Source of the DNA: a virus
Lineage: Duplodnaviria; Caudoviricetes
IMG/VR virus record: IMGVR_UViG_3300032216_000830
Location: 1 to 45,277 of that record
DNA: 45,277 nucleotides
Direction: 5' to 3' (one strand)
The position numbers were made by a program, and so were the translations under genes. The notes beneath the pieces are model-generated. The model ran no database searches. It was not told the DNA's origin and worked only from the letters and a program-made list of their open reading frames with translations. Each line of letters begins with the position of its first letter. The stretch's first letter is position 1. Shown one piece after another: positions 1 to 10,300 of the stretch.

Positions 1-1005
1 ACTATCATCAATTATGAGAGCCTACACCTTGTGGCTAACCAACAGCGTTGGGATTTTATTGTTTTGGATGAAGCTCACTCAATGGGCGCCTTTCCTAAGC
101 CAAGTCAACGTGCTTTAGCTATCAAGGATATCCTTCGCAGATGTAACCCAAAAGTTATCCTGTTATCAGGGACGCCAACGCCTGAGTCGTACTCACAAAT
201 GTATCACCAAGTGTATGGCATACCTAACAACCCATTCAGAGAGTTTACAAGCTTCTACAGATTTTGCGACAGGTATGTTAAGCTTAAAGAGAAGAAGATT
301 AATGGACTATTCATTAAAGACTATTCAGGAGGCTTAGAAACGATTGTAGAGGCTATGAAGCCTTATACCCTTAACTACACTCAGAAAGAGGCAGGATTCA
401 ACGCTGAGACTACGGAGGAGGTATTAGAGGTTGCTCTAAAGCCTGCAACGTACAAATTGATTGAGAAACTTAAGAAGGATTTAGTAGTTGAAGGCAAGGA
501 TGAGGTTATACTTGCAGACACGCCTGTTAAACTTATGATGAAGATACATCAGCTATGCTCAGGTACGGTTAAATTCGAAAGCGGTAACTCAATGGTTATT
601 GACACCACTAAAGCTGACTTTATAAAAGACCACTTTACAGATTGTAAGATTGGCATTTTCTATAAATTTAAAGAGGAGCTGTCAGCACTACAACAAGTTT
701 TTGGTAAACAGCTTACTACAGATTTGGATATATTTAACGAAACCGATAAGAACATTGCTCTTCAGATTATATCAGGGCGTGAGGGTATATCACTTCGTAA
801 GGCTGACTACTTGGTTTACTACAACATTGACTTCAGTGCTACAAGCTATTGGCAGTCAAAAGATAGAATGACAACAAAAGACAGACTACAGAATGACGTG
901 TATTGGATATTCTCAAAGGATGGTATCGAGCACGACATCTATAAAGCTGTAACAAAAAAAATGGACTATACTCTTAAACATTTTCAAAAACAAACACTAT
1001 GGTAG
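1..1005 (+). CDS. SNF2/SF2-family helicase (5' truncated by window edge)
   Basis: Frame is open from base 1 (TIINYESLHLV...). Contains Walker B VLDEAH, motif III LSGTP, and C-terminal SGREGISL and QSKDRM motifs. Confidence 0.85.
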   Translation, partial: TIINYESLHLVANQQRWDFIVLDEAHSMGAFPKPSQRALAIKDILRRCNPKVILLSGTPTPESYSQMYHQVYGIPNNPFREFTSFYRFCDRYVKLKEKKINGLFIKDYSGGLETIVEAMKPYTLNYTQKEAGFNAETTEEVLEVALKPATYKLIEKLKKDLVVEGKDEVILADTPVKLMMKIHQLCSGTVKFESGNSMVIDTTKADFIKDHFTDCKIGIFYKFKEELSALQQVFGKQLTTDLDIFNETDKNIALQIISGREGISLRKADYLVYYNIDFSATSYWQSKDRMTTKDRLQNDVYWIFSKDGIEHDIYKAVTKKMDYTLKHFQKQTLW

Positions 1006-1307
1006 AATGTATATGCGTAAACGACAGCAATAAGCCTGTCGAAGTACCTGCTAGAAAGTGGGTTATAAAAGGAAACAAATACAATGTTATCTTTACACTT
1101 ACGGTAATGCCTCAGAAGGTATTAGCGTTTCACTTAGCCGAGATTGACTTAGATGAGTCTTGTAAACCATACGAGTACTTCTTGGCTAGCCGTTTCGCTT
1201 TTACTCAGGAAGGCATACGTCAACTGATGCAGTTAATAGCCGACTGTGAAGATACTGAGTTCTCTTTGGAAGAACTTATGGAGCAAACACAATTAGCTGA
1301 ACTATAA
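999..1307 (+). CDS. hypothetical protein
   Basis: 102-aa ORF overlapping the helicase stop, co-oriented in the operon. Confidence 0.7.
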   Translation: MVECICVNDSNKPVEVPARKWVIKGNKYNVIFTLTVMPQKVLAFHLAEIDLDESCKPYEYFLASRFAFTQEGIRQLMQLIADCEDTEFSLEELMEQTQLAEL

Positions 1308-1317
1308 AATTTATACA

Positions 1318-1605
1318 ATGCAAAGTAAAAGAAACAGAATGGCAGGTAAACACCCTTCTTACGATAAGTTGGGTATGTCAAAAGAAAGAATAGCAAAGAA
1401 GCTTGAGTACGATAAAGAGTATCAAGCTAGCGAAGAAAGAAAGAACTATAGAGTGTCTCTTAACAAAGCCAATCGTACCAAAGGAACCTATGGCAATGGT
1501 GATGGTAAAGATATGAGCCACACCAAAACAGGAGGGCTTAGACTGGAGTCTCAGAAAAGAAACAGAGCTCGCAACGGACACAATGGTCGCTCAACAAAAA
1601 TGTAA
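1318..1605 (+). CDS. small basic HNH-endonuclease-like protein
   Basis: NKANR...GDGKDMSH...GGLRL...NRARN resembles short phage HNH-like proteins. Confidence 0.5.
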   Translation: MQSKRNRMAGKHPSYDKLGMSKERIAKKLEYDKEYQASEERKNYRVSLNKANRTKGTYGNGDGKDMSHTKTGGLRLESQKRNRARNGHNGRSTKM

Positions 1606-1859
1606 TGAGAGAACAACAGATACAGTCTAGGAAGATAAAAGAGCTTGAGGCTCAGGGATACTACGTAATCAAGTTAACTACCACTAACAAGAATGGTATC
1701 CCTGACCTTATAGCTATACCACCTAACTCAGATGTATTATTTGTTGAAGTCAAAGGCCCAACAGGGAAACTAAGTAAGCTACAAGAGTACAGGATAAAAG
1801 AATTAAATCAACACGGAATAAAAACAGAAATATGTCGAGAGTCAAATCAGAAAAAGTAA
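1605..1859 (+). CDS. VRR-NUC domain nuclease (resolvase-like)
   Basis: E..IQ..I...GIPDL...FVEVK..GKLSKLQ signature; TAATG coupling to the upstream gene. Confidence 0.85.
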   Translation: MREQQIQSRKIKELEAQGYYVIKLTTTNKNGIPDLIAIPPNSDVLFVEVKGPTGKLSKLQEYRIKELNQHGIKTEICRESNQKK

Positions 1860-2353
1860 AATCAGAAATGCAAGACTTAAAGAAAATAGTAGAAGATGTA
1901 TTTGAAGTAAGTCTTATGGATAAGAAAAGGTTAATGACCTTAGTAGATGCGAGAATGGTATTCTCTAAAATACTCAGAGATAGAGGGCATACATTTGTTA
2001 GTATAGCTAAGTTTTTAGAAAAAGACCACACCACTATAATGAATTATATGGATAAGGTAGTATATTTGTTGAAGCAAGACGATAGACTTTTTGAAAACTA
2101 TATGATTTGCAAAGACTCCTTCCTTGAAAATAGAGATGAGCTTATAGATGAAATCAAAGATAAGGACTTGCATATGAAGATTGCTCGTGTTAATATTCAG
2201 CTAGACAAACTTATATCTGAGAGAAACCAAGTGTTTGAGATGGATAGAAAGAATAAAAGATTTAAGTATATAATAGAGCTACTAAATAAAAGAGTGCCTG
2301 CAGGTAGAGAGGCTCATATTGAAAACAAGATAATGCAATTACTAAATGAGTAA
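1832..2353 (+). CDS. DnaA C-terminal (domain IV)-like HTH DNA-binding protein
   Basis: ARMVFSKILR...SIAKFLEKDHTTIMNY resembles the DnaA domain IV DHTT helix. A coiled coil follows. Confidence 0.6.
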   Translation: MSRVKSEKVKSEMQDLKKIVEDVFEVSLMDKKRLMTLVDARMVFSKILRDRGHTFVSIAKFLEKDHTTIMNYMDKVVYLLKQDDRLFENYMICKDSFLENRDELIDEIKDKDLHMKIARVNIQLDKLISERNQVFEMDRKNKRFKYIIELLNKRVPAGREAHIENKIMQLLNE

Positions 2354-2537
2354 TTACGCTAGCGAAAACGAAAGAGCAAGTCGTTTAGCATTGAGAATTA
2401 ATGAGAACCATTTATTGTTAGCTAACGTATATGAAAACTTAGTTGATAGAGATTTTGTCCGTGTGGATAAAGACATCAAAGTTATTATACTTCAGCTAAA
2501 ACTTATCTTAAAATCAATGGAAGATGACGATTTTTGA
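2346..2537 (+). CDS. hypothetical protein
   Basis: 63-aa ORF overlapping both neighbours. Confidence 0.6.
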   Translation: MSNYASENERASRLALRINENHLLLANVYENLVDRDFVRVDKDIKVIILQLKLILKSMEDDDF

Positions 2538-2949
2538 AACTGAAGAAGATTTAAAAAGAGAAAAGAAAGCAATAGAAACATTCGTAAATACATTCGGAGG
2601 GTCATACAAAAAGCTAGATCCACTTGACGTTGACTACAAAATATTTGACAAAGACAGCAACCTAATAGCATACGCAGAAGTCAAAGGTCGTATTCGAAAT
2701 ATCCGAAACGCTTACCCTCTACCAATATCAATAACAAAAGTAGCAAAGCTTATAGATAAAAGATTAGTGCCTGTAATCATATGGGCGTGTGACGATGGTA
2801 TTATCTATGGCATAGCAACAAAGCTTGAAGGGCATATAAAGTTTGGAGGAAGGAAGCCAAGAGAAGGCTCATATAGTGACGAGGAGATGATGGCTTACTT
2901 TGAAAAGCAAAAGGCTTTTAAATATGTTAGGTTTGATCTACAACCTTAA
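2524..2949 (+). CDS. PD-(D/E)xK nuclease-fold protein
   Basis: E...VDY...AEVKGR catalytic pattern. Confidence 0.6.
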   Translation: MTIFETEEDLKREKKAIETFVNTFGGSYKKLDPLDVDYKIFDKDSNLIAYAEVKGRIRNIRNAYPLPISITKVAKLIDKRLVPVIIWACDDGIIYGIATKLEGHIKFGGRKPREGSYSDEEMMAYFEKQKAFKYVRFDLQP

Positions 2950-3289
2950 GACCACTCTTATATATGTGCTTGTACATAACCTCAGTTAGATATCCCATAA
3001 GCCAAGCCTGAGATTCTTCGTCAACAATATCTCTGTCCTCAGTAACCTTAACTACAGCGTGGTATATTTCGTGAGCAATTGTGTTATGGCTTAAATAAAT
3101 TTCATCAAGTATGATGTAGTAGCTGTCAATATCAAATGTGAATACAACACCCTCAGCTTCGTCTGAAAACTTCTCATTTTGTTTTAATTTTTTATATACA
3201 GAATTTACTTTAGCCTTCAAGTTATCAGTGATTATTATTATCACATTGCAGTTGTAGGTCGAAAGCTTTATTTTTTTTGTTCTACTCAT
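2927..3289 (-). CDS. HExxH zinc-metallopeptidase-like protein
   Basis: IAHEIYHAV followed by DEESQAWL. Confidence 0.55.
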   Translation of the reverse strand: MSRTKKIKLSTYNCNVIIIITDNLKAKVNSVYKKLKQNEKFSDEAEGVVFTFDIDSYYIILDEIYLSHNTIAHEIYHAVVKVTEDRDIVDEESQAWLMGYLTEVMYKHIYKSGLKVVDQT

Positions 3290-3295
3290 TTTCTG

Positions 3296-3303
3296 TATAT
3301 TTG
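3296..3303 (+). promoter_or_regulatory. Bacteroidota sigma-A -7 element (TATATTTG) pointing into a short non-coding unit
   Basis: Exact TAnnTTTG match on the + strand, with no + ORF downstream. Confidence 0.5.
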
Positions 3304-3307
3304 TACT

Positions 3308-3364
3308 TCAGATTTAGTTTTTCATAGTAATCGTTCGACCTCCGTTTCTACGGGGGTTTTTTTT
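3308..3364 (+). ncRNA. candidate ~55-nt small RNA
   Basis: Lies between a -7 promoter element and a + strand intrinsic terminator, in an intergenic gap between two - strand genes. Confidence 0.4.
3338..3364 (+). terminator. rho-independent terminator (+ strand)
   Basis: GACCUCCGU-UUCU-ACGGGGGUU hairpin followed by a U-tract. Its G-U pairs form only on the + strand. Confidence 0.75.
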
Positions 3365-4370
3365 ATAACATTCTTCCATTGAATATCCTCTTATTAAAGA
3401 ACTCATAGTCTCTGCCATTACTATCTAATTCAACCATAGCACAACCCCAATTCCATTTGTTCAGTGGCATATACGCAGGATGCAACTCTGATAAGCAACC
3501 GATGCTCCAAGTAGTTGTTATCTTTCCATTCATATCAGTCTCAGAGTGCTCGCTTGTAGAATGGTTGTGTCCTTGAAAAGCTGACACCTTACCTCTCATA
3601 TAAAGACCACGTGCTACGTTTACCGGAGCTGAGATACCACCAATATATTCGTGTCCGTGAATGCCATTAAGCTCATTGAGTTTCATAAACCTATTTGAGC
3701 TTATCACCTCTATACCATTTGCTCTAGCCTTTATGATATTCTCAAAATCAAACTCCTCAACACCCCTAAGCTCGTGAGCTTTCTCTAATAAGAACTTCTC
3801 ATATCTTGCCTCGTGGTTGCCTATCTTAAAAAATATTTTGCAACCTAGTTGCTTTTCTAAGACAGATATAAAAGCTTTTAGCGAGTCAAGCTCATACTTA
3901 AAGTCTCTCTTCTTTGGGTCTTTAACAAACCTTGACAGCTGATGACAATCCATTGTATCTCCGTTGAGAAGAACAGCGTCTACCTTTTCTTTTTTAAGAT
4001 ACTTGATAGCACAGGTGAGAGCGTCAATGTTGTGGTATGGTAGATGCACATCAGATAAGATACCAATCTTGCTGAACCCCTTAATCGCAAATGGCTCATA
4101 TACAGTCTCATCAGACTCAGGCAAGTTGTATGGGTTTCTTGGTCTATCTTCTTCTCGATAGAACTCAGTAGTCGCTATAGTTTTCTTTGTCGTATTGTTT
4201 CCTTGCTTGCCTTCGATATACCTTAGAGTTCCTCTAGCATCTTCCACATCTTTAAACGTAAGGTTGTTTTCACCATACATTATTCTTGCTAATTTTAATG
4301 TTGGCATTTCAGGATGCTTTCTCCTGTACTCTCTTGCAACATCTGACTTTGGTGACGGTTTTTTAGGCAT
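3363..4370 (-). CDS. calcineurin-like metallophosphoesterase with N-terminal helical domain
   Basis: Motifs SDVH, NGD..D, GNHE, HGH and GHNH occur in order. Confidence 0.9.
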   Translation of the reverse strand: MPKKPSPKSDVAREYRRKHPEMPTLKLARIMYGENNLTFKDVEDARGTLRYIEGKQGNNTTKKTIATTEFYREEDRPRNPYNLPESDETVYEPFAIKGFSKIGILSDVHLPYHNIDALTCAIKYLKKEKVDAVLLNGDTMDCHQLSRFVKDPKKRDFKYELDSLKAFISVLEKQLGCKIFFKIGNHEARYEKFLLEKAHELRGVEEFDFENIIKARANGIEVISSNRFMKLNELNGIHGHEYIGGISAPVNVARGLYMRGKVSAFQGHNHSTSEHSETDMNGKITTTWSIGCLSELHPAYMPLNKWNWGCAMVELDSNGRDYEFFNKRIFNGRML

Positions 4371-4373
4371 TTG

Positions 4374-7300
4374 TTATTCTGATTTTTTTGTATTGAACCA
4401 AGATGATTTTTTTGTTTTATCCTTTAAAGAACTTTTTCTTTTTTCAAACCAAGACTTTCTTTTTTCTTTTGGGGTATAATCCATTTCTTCATCTTTTCTT
4501 TCCCTTTCCTTTTGTCTCTCTTCTTTTTTTTGTTCTCTTACTTTTTCTTCAGCTTCATATAAAGAAGATTCCTTTCCAAACGTTTCATCATAAAGGTCAG
4601 GGTCGTACCTTTTCATATCCTTTACATTATCATATCCGTGCAATAATTTTGCTTTACCTTGTATTTGCTCAGGAGTTTTTGAAGATGCATTTTTCTTTGC
4701 AAATTTAATGCTATTATTTATTATCGCATTTGCTTCTGCAGGAGCCGTAGCAAAAGTATTTACAATAGACAATGCTACAATTTTACCTAAAGCATCTTTG
4801 TCTTTTTTAGATATATATTTTACTCTACCATACTCATCTGTAAACTTACCTGTAGTCTTTAACTCCATAGCCTCAATCATTCCGTCTATTTTTTTAGGAA
4901 GTATACCAAAAACCCCTAAGGTTTTATATACATCTTGTCTTGAGCCTGTAAATAAATGAGATATATCTTCTTCCTTAACTCCTGCAAGTTTTTGAATAAC
5001 ATTAATAGCCTCGTCCACACCAACAGCAAGAGGATATTCAAGAAAAGGTATTGGAGCTAAATCCGTTATGGCTCCAGTTACTTGAGTTTTTATAGCGAAT
5101 CCTTTTCTCTTCTTCTTATCTTCTTCGCTTTCTTTTTGTCCTAATAAAGACTTAGTCCAATTTCCTAATGCAACAGATGCCGCTCCTGATATACTTCTAA
5201 ACACAACAGCTTCCGCAAGATATCCTGACAATGACCTTCTAGCTATAGCCTTATCTTCTGCTGTAGCTACTGAGTTTTTGCTTAATGTAGATAAGTCAGA
5301 AAGCATTCTCATTGTTTGATTTATTCTAAAACTAGCAAAAGGCATTATCAGTTTATTGAAAACCTGCTCTTTTGTGTCTTTTGAACCTAGCCATTTTCCT
5401 TGAAGATCAGCATCAGATATATTTTGTTGTCTATCCACCATACTTTGAGCATAATCTGCGGCATCTTTATTTACCTTGTCCTTACTATAGTCTATAGTCT
5501 TTGGATCTATACCTTGCTTCTCTAATGCTTTCTCATAATAAGAAAGCCAAGATGCTCTAGCTATAAATACATCAGGAGAAACTAAAAATAATCGAAGCAT
5601 TTTATCGTTTAAGTTTTCTACTCCTTCAAAATATTTTCCTACAAGAGATTTTTTATCGGCTTCAACCATCTTGTTTAAAGACTCTACATTTGCCAAAGAC
5701 TCCATTCCCCTAATAGATATACCATAACCAATCCTATTTAAGAAATCATTTTTTGCCTTATCAAACATTGATCCCATTACATCTAACTTGCCTCCGGTAT
5801 TTATTAATGTGTTAGTTCCAACAGGTACACTTTGTTTAAACAACTGAAATCCTCCTGCTAATGCTGCTGCTGTACCAATCTTTGATACTGAGTTTAACTT
5901 TCTCATCATCTTTGAAGCCTCATCATTGTTAACGATATCCTTGCTTCTTATCGTTCTTATAAATCTTTGTATAGCTCCTTGATCCTTAGCGTTACTACTA
6001 CTATTGTATAGTATAGCTCTATCTCTAGCATAAGGTACTATCTTATCAAAGGCTTCAGAACTAAAGAACGCCTTTACTCCTCTAACCGTTGCTGATGTGT
6101 ATATATCCATCAAAGCATCGTAGTAAGCATTTGTATTGTTTCTATCAAAAGATAAATCTAAATACCTCTCTACCTTATCAGTCATTTTATTTTTAGGCAA
6201 ATTAGTTACTCTTTGGTTTTCTTCTAATACGCCTGTCTTTCTTTCGTAAACACCTCTAGTGCCTGCGTGGAACAAAGACTCTTCGTCTCCTATTTCTTCA
6301 CTTCCTCCTCTGTTAAATAAATTCTTAAGAACGTCAGGATTATAATCTATATCCTTGCCTAATCTTTTGTTGTATATACTCTCTGATATGTCCGCTAATT
6401 GGTCGTAAATATCAGACCACTTCTTTACCCAAAAATTAACTGCCTCTAAATTAACGTTATCTACTTTGCTAATAACATCAGTAATGGTATTTGAATCTTT
6501 AAGTATTTTATCGTAAACAGTTTCGTACAATTTTGCTAACTGCTTCTCCTCTTCTGTTCCTATTTTAAGTTCTTTTATAGATTCATCTATCAAGTCTTTC
6601 TTTCTTTTAAACTCTGCTTGTTGCTCTTCGGGAGTACCTATCACTGTTCTTTTAACTGCAGCTAGCATACCTCTCTCGATATTATTCTCAGAAGTGTTAA
6701 ACGCTTTCCCATTAGCTTCCCTTTTAAAGAACTGTTTTATATAATCATTCTTAACACTTGTTGATAGATGCTGAGCAAATGTCTTTTGGTTTTTTAATTC
6801 TGTAAATCCTGAGTATTTTGAAAGTTTATTTCCTGATGCAGTACCTCCAAACATTCTTTCTATAAGAATAGGTATAGTCATAAACTGCTCCCCTAATACT
6901 CTTCCCCAACTTTTAACCCAAGCATATTGTAATTCCTTTGAATGAAATCCTTGATCTGCTAACATCTCTGCATTTCTAGTATATTGGTATTTACTAACAA
7001 TACTTTCCATTGATGCAGTAGAGCCATTAGCTAAAAAGTTTTTCAATGAATCCATAGCTGCCAATGCATCTTTTGCAGAAAGCAAGTCAGTATCCATACC
7101 CATAAACTTCTTTACTGTTTCTTTTTTGGCATCAGACACCTCTAAGCTATCTCCGGTAGCAGGGTCAATGCCTGTAGATAAAGCCTCTCTTATTCTTTGA
7201 ACATAACCATTGAATCGGTCTTTGATATTTTTTTTGATGATAGTTTCTTTTTCTTTAAGAAGTTTTTCTTTTTCTGCTTCAGTCATTTCTGACATATCTT

Positions 7301-10300
7301 CTCCTACAATTTCTTCTTCTGTAGCTAATCTCTCTCTTTCCATAGCCTCATCTTGAGCTTGTAGCATTTCATCAACATATTCCATTACTTCAGTAACCTT
7401 AATCATTTCAGCTTCACTAAGCTCTTCTTTTCCTAAGGTAGATCCTTTTATAGCCTCTTTTATCTTAGCTGCCATTTCATTATAAGCATCTATATTTTCA
7501 ACCATAGATGGCTTTATTTTCGCGAAGTACTTTCCTAGCTCTGTAAGGTTATATGCTTTTAATGCATCTCTAGATAGCTTTCTTATTGACGTTCTTGTAG
7601 ATTCAGCTTTAGATAACTTGTTATCGTATTCAGCATCAGCAAATATTTTCTCAGCATACTCAATAACTTTCTCCATCTCAACGTCACTCTCAAGATTTAC
7701 CTTACCAAGTTTCTTAATTAAGGTACCTACTTTTCTTGCGGATACGTCTCCTGACTTTTTAATATTAGCTATAGTGGCATCTAATATTTTTCTTTTTTCT
7801 TTTATGTTGTCTTTAGCCTCTTTTATAGCTAACATCATTTCTCTAAGCATTTTATATTCGCTTATCTCAATGATATCAGTTTTAGCGTTGTCAATAATTT
7901 TATTTATCTTATCAACAGCCTTATCTAAGCTTGCTTCATCTTCAACTTTTCTTGCCTCTTTCCTTAATTTATTTAAATCATCACGAGTAAGGTTACCGTA
8001 GTCTTTTACCGAATCGATATACTCTTCTAATTTTCTTCTAGCATCTCTTGCTTTTTCTTTTGTAAACTTTGCTCCTTCTTTAAAGCCTTTAGCAATATCT
8101 AATATTCTATTTTTGATAATCTCCTTATCAGTTGTTATAACTTTTTTAGGCTCAGGTTCACCTAATAATTTCTCAGGAGATGGAGCCTTTTTTTCTTTAA
8201 GCTCAAACTTACTTCTTACATCTCTAATCAACTCTTCTTTTTGTATATCTGAAGCGTTCTTATAAGCTTCGCTTTCTTGAAGTTTTTTAATGGCATTTTC
8301 TATGTTGCCTTCATGAGAAGATTTACCTTCTTGCTTAGCTTCCTCTATCTTTGTTTTATATTTATTATCTCTTGCAGAACCTTTTTTATACTTATCACTT
8401 GCTTTATATTCCTCGTATTTAGTAGTTAGTTCTTCAACTCTTTTATCCCAATACTCTCTTTTTCTGCTAGCAAAATCAACATCTTCTTGTAGCTTACTCA
8501 TTGCTTCTTCATATCCGGGAAGAGATTCTAAATCTAACCCAAATGCATCATCAAATGTATATCCTAATTCCTCTCCTTTTGTGATTGGAGATATAAGACC
8601 TGACGCTTCGTCCCAAGCCTTTTTAACAACTGTATTTATATTTTCTCCAATAGACTTTGCCCACTCATTAATATCTCCTGCTTTTTGTTTTATAAACTCC
8701 TTAGCTTCCTTTACTAGAGATTGGTGATAATCAACTAACGCCTCCAATTTGGCATTAGAGTTTATGCCAAGCCCTTGACGTAACGATTTCAATCTTTCTT
8801 TGGCTGCCTTTCTAGCTTCGGTAGCTTGCTGTAATGCAGTCTTTGTTTCAGCGGTAACTTCAGGAACTTTCTGTGATTTTGACAATTCATAATCAGCTAA
8901 AGATTTAGCTACGGTAACTCTAATTATAGGCTCGCCATTTGTTTCTCCTCTAGACGATATCTTATCTTTAAATACTTCAGGAACTTGAGATTCATCAGTA
9001 TATGTAAAAGTTACAGTGTTGCCATCATTTATTTCTTGTAACATTTGATCTATAGTAGGTTTCTCTACTTCTTGCGTCCCTTCAGGAGTGATGGTTTCTT
9101 CTCCGGTAGTGACTTCAAGTTGGGCGTTTCCTTCGCCCACTTTTTGCAGTCCCAATCTTTGTTCGCCTGCGCGTAGCAGAGCTTCATTTGCTTTTTGCTT
9201 TTGAATGGCATCTTCGCTTAATTTAGTTAGTTGTTCGTTAATTTTGTTTATTCTTTCCTGCTGTGGCTTTACCAGTGCAGCGTCCTTATCTTTAATCTTA
9301 TTCTCTAAATCTCTTTTCTCTTTTAACAAATCCATCGCCTCTTTCTTTGCATCTAAATCTAATCCCTCAGGAACAGACCTAAATAAACCAACTGAATTGC
9401 GGTAGTTGTTTAAAGTTTCTTTTGCCTGATCTGTAGTTATCTCTCCGCTTACTACTTTGTTTTTTAAGTTAGTAACAAAAGCTGTTTGCAAGTCAGTGTT
9501 GTTAGCAGCAGACTCAAATAGTCTGAACTGCTCATTACTCATCCCTTTATATCCTGTCTCAGTTGCAGCAGCGTGTAGCGAACCGGGTATACCAAGTATA
9601 GCACCGCCAACAGCCATTGAAGCCATTGCTTCTCCTGTTTCTCTTAAAAATTCACCTACAGAATCAGGCGTTCTAAGCATCTCTTTGCCACTAACATTAT
9701 TATAAAACTCTCTGATAGCCTCGTCAGATACGTGCATAGCTGCACCCAACTCAGCACCTGCTAAAGCACTCTTAGCTGTAGCTATACCGCCTCTAGCAAG
9801 AAAATTATTAACCTCGCCTTTCATTACAGATTTAAGCTCAGCAGCAGTGGCTTTAGCTCCTACTCCTTTAAGTGATGTGTTTACTAAGTCTGCTACAAAA
9901 CTTTTATTTGCCATCATCTTATTTAATCCAAACTCTAACAATACCGAGTTTGCAAGATTAAATGGCAAAGCATAAATCATTTTGTCTGTTTCACTAACGT
10001 CTTTAAATGCAGGATTGCTGTTAAATTCTTTTTGCATATTCTCATTAGACATAGCAAACATTGTAGCCGCCTTATTTATAGGAGTACCAATAATCGCAGG
10101 AGCAAACCCTATAAGACTAGATATGGCTCCTCCCCAAAATCCTTTTTTAGAAAGGTCGGTATATTCAACTGTAGTATTAGGGTCATTCATAGCTGAATAC
10201 CCCTTTATAACAGTCTCGCTAATACCTTCTTTATTTGACTTTATTGTTTCATTTAGAATCTTGTCCTCTATTTCTTTTCTTCTTACATCACCAAAAGCTA

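Noticed and set aside
3345-3352. Cas12a repeat mimic (TTTCTAC resembles AATTTCTAC)
   Set aside because: Only 7 nt match and the complementary GTAGAT arm of the Cas12a handle is missing.
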